A stretch of DNA of 64,000 bases, taken from assembly GCF_006345805.1 (NCBI RefSeq), contig NW_021830450.1, positions 2,487-66,486 of the forward strand, read 5' to 3'. Under the pieces are notes generated by a model. That model was given only the letters and a program-made list of their open reading frames with translations, did not search any database and was not told where the DNA came from. Positions 39,349 through 51,694 of the stretch are shown here, piece after piece. The position numbers and the translations under genes were made by a program. The DNA comes from Octopus sinensis. Its lineage: Eukaryota. Position 1 is the stretch's first letter, and every line of letters begins with the position of its first letter.

Positions 39349-39921
39349 CCTCCTTGGACGTGGAACAAATATAGTATTATTGGACGCTCAGGAAAGAAAA
39401 AAGAAGGAGGGTTTAACGTTTCGAGTGGAGCTCTTCGTCGGAAACATAGGAGAAGGAAAGATACAGAGAAGGGAATACAGAGGAAAAAATCGCCAACGGT
39501 ACACACGCGGTCACAGGTCACACACACACATACACACGTACACATACACGTACTCACAACTACATACACATACGACACGCACGCACATACATACACACAC
39601 ACACAAATGAACCCACACATACATCCCATACACACAGCACACAATTATACATACACACGCACAATTATACATACATGTGGACACACATACGCACGTACAA
39701 GCACACACGCATACATACACAAAGTAAAGCATAGTTATTCGCCACACACAAACTCTACGCATACACACACGAACACACACATACCTCCTCTTGCACTCTC
39801 CTGTCTTTGAAAGAACTTTTCTTCACCCATTTCCTTCCGGTCATTCAAAATGTGACCGTTTGTGTACCGTTGGCGATTTTTTTCCTCCGTCTTTCCTTCT
39901 CTGGATCTTTCCTTTTCCTAT

Positions 39922-39956
39922 GTTTCTGACGAAGAGCTCCGCTCGAAACGTAAAAC
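39922..39956 (+). ncRNA. Minimal type I hammerhead motif (unit 3)
   Basis: Identical to the unit 2 motif. Confidence 0.6.
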
Positions 39957-40126
39957 CCTCCTTGGACGTGGAACAAATATAGTATTATTGGACGCTCAGG
40001 AAAGAAAAAAGAAGGAGGGTTTAACGTTTCGAGTGGAGCTCTTCGTCGGAAACATAGGAGAAGGAAAGATACAGAGAAGGGAATACAGAGGAAAAAATCG
40101 CCAACGGTACACACGCGGTCACAGGT

Positions 40127-40165
<39 letters not shown>

Positions 40166-40167
40166 TT

Positions 40168-40455
40168 AAGAGTTAAGGAATGGAGTCGATAAGATGCTGG
40201 CTACATAGTTTCATAATGAACGGAATCTAGGAAGTGGTAAATATCGGAAACGATGTTTTGAAGTAAAGTTTACATTGTCGCAAGGAGGTACTTGTTAACA
40301 CATAGAAGAATCAATGAGAACGATTGATTTTTCCTTGTGTTAACAAGTTTCATTCAATCCGGATACCCTTGGCCTGATACACCTCACTTGGATATTTATC
40401 ACTCACCATGAAACATAAGTAACCCGCATCATTTCTCCTCCATTCCTTAACTCTT
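40168..40455. repeat. Old degenerate foldback (inverted arms ~148 and ~133 bp)
   Basis: Perfect 18-bp outer IR aagagttaaggaatggag; inner IR cttgttaacaca...aatcaat around 40316-40322. Confidence 0.65.
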
Positions 40456-40739
40456 GTATTCTTATTCGAACACACGGCAACTCTGGTCACCTGCTGTGGA
40501 ATATGAAAAAGAACTTCTTTCAGTTCTTCGATTCGAAAAAAAATGTCCACAACCTTCCGTCTCAATAAACCTCTATTGTCCCTGAAAGTTGTGTTTTATA
40601 TTTACTACGGATTGCTTGAAGCGAACTTTCTTCCTACACCTCGATTCTTGAATCTTATGTATATACACACGTGTATATTATGTATAAATACATACATACA
40701 CGCACGCATGTCTTTCTCTCTGTCTTTGATTCCTCCCCG

Positions 40740-40915
40740 ATGTTGACAACTGGTCTTGGCTTATTTATGTCCCCGTTGCGTAGCGGTTTGGTAAAAGACA
40801 TCGGTAGAATATGTACCAGACTGAAAAGAAAAAGAAGTACTGGGGTCGATTAAATTAACCAAAACCCTTGAAAGCAGTGCCTCAGCATGGCCGCAGTGCA
40901 ATTACTGAAATAATT
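40740..40915 (+). mobile_element. SINE family B, 3' part
   Basis: tatgtccccg...agtactggggtcgat...cagcatggccgcagt. Confidence 0.65.
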
Positions 40916-41719
40916 AAAAGAAGATAGTGTTTGAACGAGTGTTTGCTATGCTTTTATCTGTGTACTTGAGTGCCTAACTTTGTGTTTATGTTTTATATGT
41001 GTCGAAATGAATCCTGTTTATTAGTGTAATGACTATTATTGTATCCATACAGTAGTAATTGTATTTATTCTATGATCGGTTTCCGCCAGCCGCTGTGGTC
41101 ATGCTGGGGTATCGTTTAACTACAATGGTATCACATTTCATAGTTTAACGTTACATCTCATCACAGACGTCAATTTTATGTTTGTTTTCTTTTTTTGCGT
41201 TGTTATAGTCTAGTTGTTCTTTCTCAGCTTTGATTGAGAAGACCTATGATCGCCATAGTCATGACGTTCTGGCCATGAACTTTTTAAGGTATCAGGCACT
41301 ATATTCGCCAAAGATCCGCTTCGGTTTTTTTCTTTATTTAGTGTTCTTTTCTAATTTAAGCGAAATTAATTTCTACTTCTTGCAGATCTAGCGGCGGTGT
41401 AGGGAGCTCACTGTTTCCCTGCATGGTACTAAGTATTTCACCATAGTAATTGAATATAGTATCGGCCTACCGGCCAAATATTGATGTCTTTATCAAACAC
41501 ATGGTGTCTTTGGGTGTATAGCTTATACATGGGCGATGATTATATTTTCATGATATTTGGTGAGATGAAAAATTTGAATTAGAAATTAACGATGTTCTTC
41601 AAATTTTGAGTTTTTGGTAATCATGAACAGTAATATTTCATTATTTTCAGAAATCACCAGCATGACATTATCTAAGGCATGTGAAATAAACATTTTATGA
41701 AGTACATATTTATGTGTAT

Positions 41720-41885
41720 ATATACGTGTACGACAAAAAAATACGAAGCACGGGTACATGGAACATGAGCTATTCTTTCGAACAACGAATGACACAAATG
41801 GAAAACAAAAGAAGCAACATAAAGAACGACCCTTCATCATTTGTTGGCTGTTTTTCTAGTCTCGTATTTCGTGTATTTAACAACA
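41720..41885. repeat. Dispersed repeat, second copy at ~59730-59860
   Basis: Shared gtacatggaacatga(g/a)ctattctttcg and ttggctgtttttctagtctcgta. Confidence 0.75.
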
Positions 41886-42365
41886 ATATACACTTTCGAT
41901 TAAACAGTTGCTCCCGCAAAGCAAATTAAATAAAATTTGGCATTTTGCGGAGAGTCAAAATTGGTAACAAAACTAGGACTGTGAAAAGAAACAGGAAGGG
42001 CTTCTAAGTCTAAACGAGGTTGTGGTGGCGAACGCGTAAATCAGGCTTGAACAGGAGACGAACAAGAACACGTCTTCCTTGTTCCAGCTACAACGGAGTG
42101 AAAGAAACACAAGTTAGGAGAAGAAAGAAAGATGGCCGATGTTCACGTGCGAGCCACGTAAGCAAGGGAGGAGGAGAGTGAGAGAGAGAGAGAGAGTGAC
42201 AGAGAGTAATAGGATAGAATATTGAGTGAAGGGCAAGTAAAAGAATAAGAGAGAGAAAGAGAGAAAAACGAAAGAGTAAAAAGATCGTATAGAGCGCGCA
42301 TCAGAATTATTAAGATAAAACTTACTTGGAAGAGAATGCGTGCCGTTCAATCATATAATAATATA

Positions 42366-42467
<102 letters not shown>

Positions 42468-42830
42468 GCATACGTATATGTACATACATCTGTATATATA
42501 TATGTGTGTGTGTGTGTACATATAAATGTGTGTATAAATAAATATTTATATATATACATATATTTATATTCATATACATGTATGGAATTCTAAGTCTACG
42601 CAGTAGACATACTTATCAGATTTACCTATTTCACCGAATATTGAAAAAAGATCAAGTTTCGTCTCTTATCGTGATATCGTCAGATGCGTCTACCTTATTT
42701 GATCAATTCCGGTGGAGCTACAAATTTACATAATATAAATGATTAAAACTTTAATCAAATTTCAGAAACTCCTGAAGGCGGCAAGCTAATAGAATCGTTA
42801 GCACGCCGGGAAAGATACTTAGCGGCAAGG

Positions 42831-43124
42831 AGAAGGAATGTCTGTCGCCACTTCATCATGGCTGTTCCATACGAATCATCATGGATAGCATTTTGTAATC
42901 AGAAGAGGATGCCTCTTGTAGCTGATAATTATCGATGCAATCGGCTGGTTATCGATGCATGTCGCTAGAAGATGGTAGGGGTTCGCTCCCCTGCTTGCAA
43001 TATATATATCGGAGGCAGATTGTATTAATAACTAGCTAGAGGTGTCCTCATGGGGTTAAAACAATGGTAGTAACGTCGGTTCGTACGGAACAGCCATGTT
43101 GAAGTGGCGACAAACATTCCTTCT
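42831..43124. mobile_element. 294-bp element with 45-bp terminal inverted repeats (MITE-like)
   Basis: agaaggaatgtctgtcgccacttcatcatggctgttccatacgaa versus the reverse complement of 43080-43124, 3 mismatches; no TSD found. Confidence 0.6.
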
Positions 43125-43129
43125 GATAA

Positions 43130-43325
43130 TAATCTTTTCGATTAAAGACTTGAAATTTTGAGGGAAGGAACTAGTCGATTGCCTTGAGCACAATGCTTGG
43201 TTTATCGCGCTTGAAAGATTAAAAGGCAGGGTCGACTACGACGGAACTTGAACTCAGAACGTTAAGACGGATGAAATGCCGCTAAGCAGTTTATCCGGCG
43301 TGCTAACAATTCTGTCAGCTTAACA
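43130..43325 (-). mobile_element. SINE family A
   Basis: gaacttgaactcagaacgttaagacggatgaaatgccgctaagc...ccggcgtgctaacaattctg. Confidence 0.75.
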
Positions 43326-44204
43326 CCACGGCTTGCTTCATAATAGTAAACTTCTGGTTGACCTGCTACACTTTGAAAGTCTCTTTTCATTTAACAAAAT
43401 GAAATTAAAAAAATAAAAAAATAAAGAAAAAATTCTATCTTCCTACACAATGGAAGACAATTTCTATTATACAAATAAGAACATTTGAAATGATAAAAAC
43501 ATTGTAGAATTTTAAAAATTAACAAATTTTTCAGGGACCAACAAAACATGAAGAAAAATAAGAGGAGCAATTTACATTTCATTAGTGAGATGTTCCAAAA
43601 GCTCTTCTGCAAAATCATTGGTCATTTATATTCTAGAGTAGAGAGAGGTCAACACTCAATTAGATTCTATAACATTCGTTCCAATAAAATATATTTACAA
43701 AATTGATTTAAGAAAGTTAATCTAGTAAAGTCTTTGAGATATTTTGAAGTTAATTTTTATTTTAGTGAACATGAGAATTTAATAAAGTCTAGAATTACAT
43801 TCTGACCTCAAATGTGACCTTGTATTATATTTAGTTATAGTCTAGTTTGGAGCTGTTGAGGATTACAAAACAGACATGGTACCGTTTAATATAACTATAT
43901 TTAATATCTTTGACATATGGGTGCATTTTTATTATAAAGGAGCTGACCTGTCAAATTTTGATTATAATTGTGCATAATGGAATAATTTTCCATGTTATTT
44001 AAAACTAATATTGATTTCTCGCGGCGAACTGACATTGTGGTTAACGTATCAGTCAGAATGTCTAAGCAGTGTTTATTCCGGCCGTCTTTGCTGTAAGTTC
44101 AAAACCTCTTATGGTAAGTCTACCTTCTATCCTTTCGCCATCAGTTGATGATGTATACATTGTATATTTATATACACTATATGTTGCATGTCCTTTCTAT
44201 TAAA

Positions 44205-44389
44205 GCTGCAAGGCTTGAAATTTGGAGGGAAGACGCAGTCGGTTACATCGACCGGTACATATTTAATCGACCTCGAAAAACTGAAAGGCAAAGTCGACCT
44301 CGGCGAAAATTTGAACTCAGAACGTTAAGACGAAGGACATGTGGCTGAGCATTTTGTCCGGAGAGCTAATGACTTTGTCGGCTCGCTGC
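44205..44389 (-). mobile_element. SINE family A (a degenerate + strand copy lies at ~44021-44147)
   Basis: aaggcaaagtcgacctcggcgaaaatttgaactcagaacg. Confidence 0.75.
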
Positions 44390-45560
44390 TTTGACATAAA
44401 TGCTTTATATGTTATATAAGATGTCATAAGCTACACGCTTTCTATATAAGACTTCTAATTTATTTAACTCAACAAGTTTCCATCAGAGTGAATATCTCTC
44501 TTAAAACAAACAGCAAAATGTTGTCAAAATAAAGGGGCTTTTGCGGATTAGTTTCTGAAGGCAAAGACCATAACGTTTTGTCGGAACTATAAGACTGGTG
44601 GTAGGGAGAGAGGTTGAAACTACTACAGACGACACACTACAGTAAGAAGAAATGCATCAATACATCGCTAGTTATCCTCAGACTAAGGACATATTTGCTG
44701 AACAATGAACCCAATTAATGACTGAGCCACTCGCTCAGCCAATTGGAGATGTAAAACAAGACTATGCAGTTCGTCGGCCATTGTAGTGAAGACGAAATAC
44801 ATGGGGCAGGTATTCGCCTAAAATCTATTTTCCCAATTTCATTCTCGAAACTTGATACATCAACCCAGTGCTTTGATACAAGGCACGTACTGAAGGTGGC
44901 GCAGTGTGATCGAACACGTAATCACGCGAGTATAAAGCGACCACCCTAACCATACGTTTATATCCACACCCAAATGATTTTCCAGTTGATCGATGAATAT
45001 AACCTGTGTGGTTTGTGGAGGTTTTGAGCGATTTATGCGACAAATCAAATACTCTTTGAAAGTTGACTTAAGAAAGAACTGGACGAAACTATATCGAAAT
45101 AGAATCTTTTTGCGAAACACAGGGATTTGCTTTTTTAACTTATTATCATCATAACATTTTCAATTCAGAAAATGTTTCTATGTATTTACAAGTCACTTCC
45201 GGTAGTTTATATAATGTAGCCTGGAGATGAAAACGCTGCACAAACGTTTGTAGATCAGCCGGAAGGAAACATCAAAAGACAGAACGCTTCAAGTCCCCCA
45301 GGACAGAAAGGTAACAAAAGACGGTAATAAATCTTGTAAAGTACTGCGTGGTGTTCCTCGACGTGAAACCATGTTAGAATTACAAGATGCTACGACAGAA
45401 TGCGCAAACATATCTTACATCTGCATCATTTGCATATGTACAAGCGAACGTTTGGAGAAAGGGACGTTAAATGAGGATGATGATGATGATGATGATAAAT
45501 ATCTGTGTGTGTTTATATACACATGTATATATACGTACATATCATATTTATAACATTCAG

Positions 45561-45880
45561 TGAAGGCGCGTGGCTTAGTGGTTCGGGGCATTCGGCTCAC
45601 GATCGTAAGGTCGTGAGTTCAATTCCCGGCGACGCGTTGCGTCCTTGAGCAAGATACTTTATTTCACGTTGCTGCAGTCCACTCAGCTGGCAAAAACGAG
45701 TAGTACCTGTATTTCAAAGGGTCAGCCTTGTCACACGTTGCGTAACGCTGAATCTCCCCGAGAACTACATTAACAGTACACATGTCTATGGAGTACTCAG
45801 CCACATACACGTTAATTTCACGAGCAGGTCGTTCGTTGACCATATCGGCTGGACCATCATCATCCTAACCGACGGAGTGC
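45561..45880 (+). mobile_element. tRNA-derived SINE family C
   Basis: Box A tggcttagtgg, box B gagttcaattcc, gtccttgagcaagatact; homologous to 7405-7773. Confidence 0.85.
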
Positions 45881-45898
45881 ATCTTTTATAACATACAA

Positions 45899-45963
<65 letters not shown>

Positions 45964-46085
45964 CTCACATATATATTCAGAACATAAACCGACAAATATT
46001 TTGACCAATACTGAGAAAGTTCCGACAGAACGTCTCCCTGCCCTTATGCTTTAGTTATTGACCCCGAAGTGAGGAAAAGGTACGT

Positions 46086-46141
<56 letters not shown>

Positions 46142-46391
46142 ACTACTACTACTACTACTACTACTACTATATAATTATATATATATATATATATATAATT
46201 ATAATTAAGGGCATCTAAAAGATACCACCATGCTAGATATAGCAGTCAAAACTTGACTCTAAAACCACATCAAATATTCATACAGTATTAATTTTAATAA
46301 TAATAATTACCTATGAGGTTTTTATTCCCATGCTAGCCACTTGATATGATCGGTATTTTAAATAACGATCTTATCCTTACTTATATAAATT

Positions 46392-46426
<35 letters not shown>

Positions 46427-46470
46427 AAACAAGTCAAAAATAGAAAATGCTAAAATAATTTTATAGTGAA

Positions 46471-46518
46471 CATTTCAGTACCGGTTTCGGTCATTTTGAG
46501 ACCTTTTCAACTGTAACG
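46471..46518 (-). ncRNA. Mirror copy of the U3-A8 hammerhead
   Basis: Exact reverse complement of 46756-46803. Confidence 0.65.
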
Positions 46519-46755
46519 ATTAAATAATTAAATTTAGAAAAATTAGAAGAAAAGTTTTTTTAAAGGAATATTTCTATAGTAGTGTTAAGATATAAGTGGC
46601 ATTCTGCCTTTCTCTGACTCCCTTGTTTCTCGAACACACAAGTGCAAACAAGGGAGTCAGAGAAAGGCAGAATGCCACTTATATCTGAACACTACTATAG
46701 AAATATTCCTTTAAAAAAACTTTTCTTCTAATTTTTCTAAATTTAATTATTTAAT

Positions 46756-46803
46756 CGTTACAGTTGAAAAGGTCTCAAAATGACCGAAACCGGTACTGAA
46801 ATG
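46756..46803 (+). ncRNA. Type I minimal hammerhead ribozyme with U3-A8 core pair
   Basis: CGUUACAG-UUGAAAA-GGUC/UCAAAAU/GACC-GAAA-CCGG-UA-CUGAAAUG; stem I pairs at 7 of 8 positions, palindromic ACCGGU. Confidence 0.65.
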
Positions 46804-47581
46804 TTCACTATAAAATTATTTTAGCATTTTCTATTTTTGACTTGTTTTTTCACACATATATATTATATATATATATATATATATAGGGTATAAGAAGTAT
46901 TGGCGTCAAGAACACCCAATGGTGTCAAGTAACGCTAAGTGCTATGGATAGACAATAGTTAAGCTCCAGGTTCGATAATGATACAAATGTTAAGTATACA
47001 CACAAACACACACATACAAGCACATATATGTACACACATACACGTATGTGTGTCTTTTTTCTTCGTTACACTGTTTATATGTGTGCGTACTTATGCATGT
47101 ATGTACAAATCATACGCTTGCATGCACATGCAAACACATGCACGCTCACACACATATATATAGTATATCTATAATATAGGATAATTATATACATATTTAT
47201 AATATACATCATTGATGTATACATGTGTGTATGTACGTGTGAGTACAGACACCCAAACACACACACACAGAATGAGAGAAACAGCGAGAGAAGGTGAGAA
47301 GGTAGTAGATATAAAAGGTGGAATGCTGAAAAACCGGAAAACGAAAAAGAACACAGAAAAAAGAAAGCGGGAGAGGTATTAGAATTATTTATCCTTAGAC
47401 AGTAAAATATAAGGCTGAAAAGATAGTGGTTTAGAGTCTGTGGTACAGTTGTTCAATTCGAAGAGAGTGGCACTTTGCAATTCGTCAACAGGAACTTAAT
47501 CATATGCTTACAACCGCTGAAAATTTCAGATCTAGAATTCATCCAACTAGAAGATGGAGGAATGTGGTAACATCACCTGTT

Positions 47582-47662
<81 letters not shown>

Positions 47663-47760
47663 TTATTTATCTATCTATTTATCTATCTGTCTATTTATCT
47701 ACCTATCTATCTATCTATCTATCTATCTATCCATCCATTCATATATACATACATACATAC
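47582..47760. repeat. (TATC)n/(TACA)n tetranucleotide microsatellite
   Basis: Tetramer runs. Confidence 0.95.
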
Positions 47761-48524
47761 ATGCTTACATACATAAATACATGCATACATACATGCACAC
47801 ATACACATGGTTATGTATATAAATGAAGGGAGATAGTGAGAAGAAGAGAGAACGTGAGAGAGAGAGACTGAAAAAAGGAGATTAGAAAGAACATACAATT
47901 AAAAGGAAGAGCAAGAAAATCAGGCAGTGGAAAAAGAGTAGGAAAAAGAAACGCGACAAAGACAATGACAGAGTGTGTTCACTGAAAATAAATGTGAAAT
48001 AAAATGAAATGGAAGAGAATGTAATGTTTTGGATTATACTCTTTATCAGGAAAAAGGAGAAAGAATTAAAGTTGGTAAGAGAGAATGCGTAACAATTTAT
48101 GAGGATCAGGTTTATTGTAAAGAAGGCAGTTGGATAGTGAAATAGAAGTATTTGGAAATAGAGTCAGGGCATAGTGAGAGTAAGGATGGAAAGAGGGTGC
48201 ATCAGAGGGGGAAGAGAGAGAGAGAAAATGAAAGGGGGGAGAAGGAGGAGAAATAGAGAACAGGAAAGAGAAAAGGTGCGATGCGAGAGGGGAATGATAC
48301 CTGTCACGTGGGTTGGTGATATGAGGCAGATCTTTAACTCAGAACATAAACCGACAGTTATTTTGTCCAATGCTGAGAAAGTTCCGACAGAACGTCTCCC
48401 TGTCCTCATGCTTTAGTTATTGACCCCGAAGGGAGAAAGAGGTACGTCTGCTTGCACAGGATTTGAAATCACTGCGCAGTGAGCCGTTGTTGTATTATAA
48501 AGTATCAAGAAACTGTTAAAAGGT

Positions 48525-48525
48525 T

Positions 48526-48582
<57 letters not shown>

Positions 48583-48675
48583 AGCTGCTGTTGCTGCTGC
48601 TGCTGCTGCTACAACTACTACTACTTGTACTACTATTGGTGCTGCTGCTTCTGCTGCTATCTCTAGCAGTAGTAC

Positions 48676-48719
<44 letters not shown>

Positions 48720-48835
48720 ATGCTACTGCTACTACTACTATTAATAATAATAGTCATAACAGTAACAACGATAACAACAACAATAACAACTTCAACAACA
48801 GCAACAATAATAATAATAACAATGATAATCAATGA
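48525..48835. repeat. Compound trinucleotide microsatellite (TAC/GCT/TAG/AAC/TAA)
   Basis: Consecutive triplet runs. Confidence 0.95.
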
Positions 48836-49353
48836 AGTGATGAATGAATGAATGAATGAATTGAAAAGAAGAAAATTTCGTTTAGTAAAACGAAAAGCAG
48901 AGAGAAAGAGAGAGAGAGAGGGAGGGAGAGAGAGAGGGGGGTAGAGAGTTACAGAATACAAATCAGGGAAATAGAATTCGTAAGCTAAACTTCAAGATAA
49001 TGATGAAACAGCATTCGTTTGTCAGCCACTAAAATAGTTTTCATTTATAGATCTTTGTAAAAGCCGGTCCGCTACAAGTAACTACCTCCAAATGAAAGCA
49101 CACACCATACCTTAATCGAATAATTGCATTATTGCTGCCAATGTCCGCTCAATATTAGGAGAAATATTAAAGTAAGAAGCTAAGAAATAATATAAATGCT
49201 AATTAGTCTTTGGAATTTCAGCAGTAATGGTTTTCACAAGAAGAGGAGCGCAGGAATTTCATTTTACAGCCAACAAACCTTATCAAATTAAGCGTGTTTC
49301 TATGACATGATAACACGCGCGCACAGACACACACACAGACACACGCACGCGCA

Positions 49354-49392
<39 letters not shown>

Positions 49393-49687
49393 ACACACAC
49401 GCCGGTCGCGCACATGCGTACATGCGCGCGCACACACACACGATTATGTATATCGCAATATATATATATGTGCAATATCTGTGTATATACATATATACTT
49501 TTACAGATATATACATGGTTATATATCTAAATATGGACATGAATATATGTGTATTTGTCTCTACGCATACTTAACTGTACACACACGCATGCCCACACAC
49601 ACACACACACATATATATACACAGACATGTATATATATATATATGTGTGTATATATATGTATGTATATATACATGCATGCATACACA

Positions 49688-49757
<70 letters not shown>

Positions 49758-49761
49758 CATA

Positions 49762-49808
<47 letters not shown>

Positions 49809-50006
49809 TATATTGTATATATATATACGTCCATCCATATACGGTTACGCCTGTCTTTTAGTAATAGACTAAATTTATATGAATTTGTCAACAAAAGCAT
49901 TCTTGCGAATTTTTCAATCAAAGAATGTAGAAAGAATTTTATTCTGTGAATAATAAACCGAAGTAAAACCTTCAAAGCTATGAGCAGAAGTAATAATAAT
50001 AATAAT

Positions 50007-50039
<33 letters not shown>

Positions 50040-50154
50040 AACAATAATAATAATAATAATAATAATAACAAAAACATCAACAACAACAAAAATAATAATA
50101 ACAACAACAGCAACAATAACAACAACAACTACAACAACAATAATAATAATAATG

Positions 50155-51407
50155 ACTTTATCTGCCAAGAAAAGAGGGAGGCGGTGGACTTTTACAACTG
50201 GCAATAACAATAAAGATTGCTACAATTGGCCTAGACACCTACCTGAAAAACTCTGGGGACTGGATGTTAAAACTTGTCTCAAAACATGAAAACAAGAAAG
50301 CATCATACTCAGTAACAAAACAGGCAAAGGAATAGCTAAGTGAATTCCGAATACAACAAATTTCGGAATTAGACATACAAGAAACAAGCACAGAAAAAGC
50401 TAAGCGCTTGAAAACTCGTGCTAAAACTGCTGCCTTAGATATTCTGAATGATAAATGGAAAGAAAAACCTCTCAATGGCTAATACCCAAAAAGAGCGAAT
50501 AATGCAGATGTTGACAAAGCCCTGTCCCATCAATGGCTAATGGCCTCTGGCTTAAAATCTGAAGCAGAAGGGTTTATTATAGCAGCTCAAGATCAGTGCC
50601 TACCTACAAGGAACTACCAGGCCAACATATTAAATAACGGCAGTAGCCCAACATGTCGTGTATGTCAACAACAAAATGAAACCATTGATCATGTTGTCTT
50701 CAAGTGCAGTCTTCTTGCGCCTACAGAGTATCTCAACAGGCATGATAGAGCTGCACAATATATTCACTGGGTAATTTGCAAAAACCTGGATTTGCCCCCA
50801 TGATAAAAACTGGTGGGAACACAAACCACCTCCTCCAGTGCTTGAAAATGACCATACCTCACTCCTCCAGAACGTCACCATTCAAACTGACTGAAAGATA
50901 GATGCGAATAGGCCAGGCATCATAGTAAAAGACTTGAGACAAAAAACATGCCTCCTCATTGATATGACTGTCCCAATCGATATAAACGTATCTGTCAAGA
51001 CCTACCAGAAACTGAGCAAATATAAAGATCTTGAAATAGAAATCAGCAAAATTTGAGACCTGGAGACTAAAACAATACCTGTTGTCATATGTGCCCTGGG
51101 AATGATAGCAAAACGGGCTGGTTGCTACCTAATCCAGATACCAGGAAACCCCAAAATGGCAGAAATTCAAAAGATAGTGCTCATGGAAACTGCTCATATC
51201 TTACGCAAAATACTTCCTATGTAATCTTAAGATTTCAAACAAACATAACTTTCGTATGGTTTTTTTTAGGCATTCACTAGTAGAACACTAAGTATAAAAC
51301 CAAATATATGGCACCCTAGGCATAACACCAACATGAACTTCCAACTTGTTGTCTCTTGATGTCTCTGGGTGAGGCATGGAGCCAGCTTGTGCAAAAGCCA
51401 AACATAG
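50155..51407 (+). mobile_element. R4/Dong-like LINE 3' portion (post-RT, CCHC knuckle, REL endonuclease, 3' UTR), 5'-truncated
   Basis: YLPRKEGGGGL...GLKSEAEGFIIAAQDQCLPTRNY...CRVCQQQNETIDHVVFKC...RHD...LLIDMTVP...KYKDLEIEI; (AAT/AAC)n upstream and (TAA)n tail. Confidence 0.9.
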
Positions 51408-51423
51408 AATAATAATAATAATG

Positions 51424-51468
<45 letters not shown>

Positions 51469-51538
51469 TAATAGTAATAGTAATAGTAATAGTAATAGTA
51501 ATAATAATAATAATAATATAATAATAATAATGATGATG

Positions 51539-51587
<49 letters not shown>

Positions 51588-51694
51588 TGATGATGATGAT
51601 GATATGATGATGATGAGATGATGATGATGATGATGATAATAATATAATAATAATATAATAATAATAATAATAATAATATAATAATAATAATAAA

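Larger units (their letters stand above)
38302..40135. repeat. Tandem array of 3 near-identical units (610/608/608 bp): CA-rich spacer plus ~273-bp hairpin element
   Basis: Landmarks recur at 38710/39318/39926; each unit has arms of ~113 bp at about 90 percent identity (38635-38747 vs 38796-38907). Confidence 0.92.
46422..46852. mobile_element. 431-bp palindromic element (207-bp arms, 1 mismatch, 17-nt spacer) inside an (AT)n tract
   Basis: 46422-46628 is the reverse complement of 46646-46852 apart from one a/c difference. Confidence 0.92.

Noticed and set aside
38302-40135. CRISPR-like reading of the regular repeats
   Set aside because: Units are ~608 bp and identical throughout, with no unique spacers; eukaryotic context and no cas genes
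42640-42700. Minus-strand CUGACGA...GAAAC
   Set aside because: Stem II does not close next to the core and stem I is absent
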